Source of the DNA: an uncultured bacterium
GTDB taxonomy: Bacteria; Acidobacteriota; Thermoanaerobaculia; Multivoradales; JAHZIX01
Assembly: GCA_965368975.1 (NCBI GenBank)
Contig: CBDUPA010000003.1
Coordinates: forward strand, 320,001-384,000
Direction of reading: 5' to 3'
DNA: 64,000 nucleotides
How positions within the stretch are numbered: the stretch's first letter is position 1; each line of letters begins with the position of its first letter. Positions 63,318 through 64,000 of this stretch are shown piece by piece. A program made the position numbers and the translations under genes. The notes beneath the pieces are model-generated. The model did not search any database, had not been told where the DNA came from, and was given only the letters and a program-made list of their open reading frames with translations.

Positions 63318-63984
63318 GCCGGCAACGTCGAAGGACGAGGCGACCGAACTCGCCTACTTCCGGCGTATCGAAGATCGCTTCATCGAACTGCGCGGTGCTC
63401 CCCTGTTCTTGTCGCCCAGCGACTACCAGGTCGCCAAGGTCTGGTGGCAGGCGGGCATTCCGGTCGATCTGGTCGAGCGCTCGCTGGAAGAGGTCTTTGA
63501 GCGTCGGCGTGAACGGGGCACGGCCCGGCGCTCGGTGTCGTCGCTGTCGTACTGCGCCTCCGCGGTGGAACAAGCCTGGGCCGAAGTACGTGAGCTCACC
63601 GCCGCTGGGCATCGCCGCAGCGACCCCGCACCCAAGCTAGAGTCCGCTGAGCGCCTGCACAACCTGGCGGCGGCGCTCCCAACAGAACTGACTGACCGCC
63701 AGCGCTTCGCCGACGCCGTGCAAGCCTTGACCGGCAGCCCCGAGCACGTCGAGACCGAACTCGAACGGCTCGATGCCGAGCTGTTGCAGCACGTCGAGAG
63801 CCACCTCGACGATGCCGCTCGAGCACGGCTGACTGAGACCTTGGAAAGCACGCTGCATCGTCTCGGCGCGCGCCTCGACCGTGCAGAGCTGGAACGCGCC
63901 CGTGAGCGCCTGCGCCGTCAGCTACTGCGACAGCAGCTGCACCTGCCAGTCCTGTCTCTCTTTGCGCCCGAAGCGGGGGCCTGA
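63280..63984 (+). CDS. Conserved hypothetical protein, possibly DnaD-like
   Basis: YFRRIEDRF..RG...LSPSD.....W...GIP and SLSYCASAVEQAW; overlaps the coaX end by 38 bp. Confidence 0.7.
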   Translation: MTTGKASKQPGAEPATSKDEATELAYFRRIEDRFIELRGAPLFLSPSDYQVAKVWWQAGIPVDLVERSLEEVFERRRERGTARRSVSSLSYCASAVEQAWAEVRELTAAGHRRSDPAPKLESAERLHNLAAALPTELTDRQRFADAVQALTGSPEHVETELERLDAELLQHVESHLDDAARARLTETLESTLHRLGARLDRAELERARERLRRQLLRQQLHLPVLSLFAPEAGA

Positions 63985-64000
63985 AGCAGCGAGAGACCTG

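Overview
A GC-rich, gene-dense bacterial chromosomal segment. The gene content suggests Acidobacteriota (Thermoanaerobaculia-like) or a relative of the myxobacteria; this is inference only. From left to right: an oleB-oleC-oleD cluster with no adjacent oleA; a DUF3179 gene interrupted by an in-frame UGA followed by a SECIS-like hairpin (probable selenoprotein); a secreted lipase-like plus DUF4785 pair; two tandem cassettes, each a small secreted Cys/His-motif protein plus a PA-domain HExxH metallopeptidase; a TPR protein; a DUF1800/DUF1501 pair; dnaE, rsmD and pncB; ppx directly behind a complete mrpABCDEFG operon; a quinone oxidoreductase; an acyl-CoA dehydrogenase; a HupE/UreJ protein; three amidohydrolase-fold genes; PhzF; a HEAT-cyclophilin fusion; a sulfatase-like/glycosyltransferase/O-acetyltransferase locus; a molybdopterin oxidoreductase; an acidic repeat lipoprotein; an NlpC/P60 protein; a frameshifted orphan lanthipeptide-type precursor that is absent from the ORF track; icmF; a RomR-like regulator; valS, birA, coaX; and a DnaD-like hypothetical protein. 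I saw no rRNA, tRNA, CRISPR array, IS element or prophage. Strongest leads: (1) the recoded DUF3179 selenoprotein, (2) a possible split-zymogen system in which a separately encoded cysteine-switch partner controls a leishmanolysin-like PA peptidase, and (3) the hidden RiPP precursor. All family assignments come from motif recognition by eye; no searches were run.
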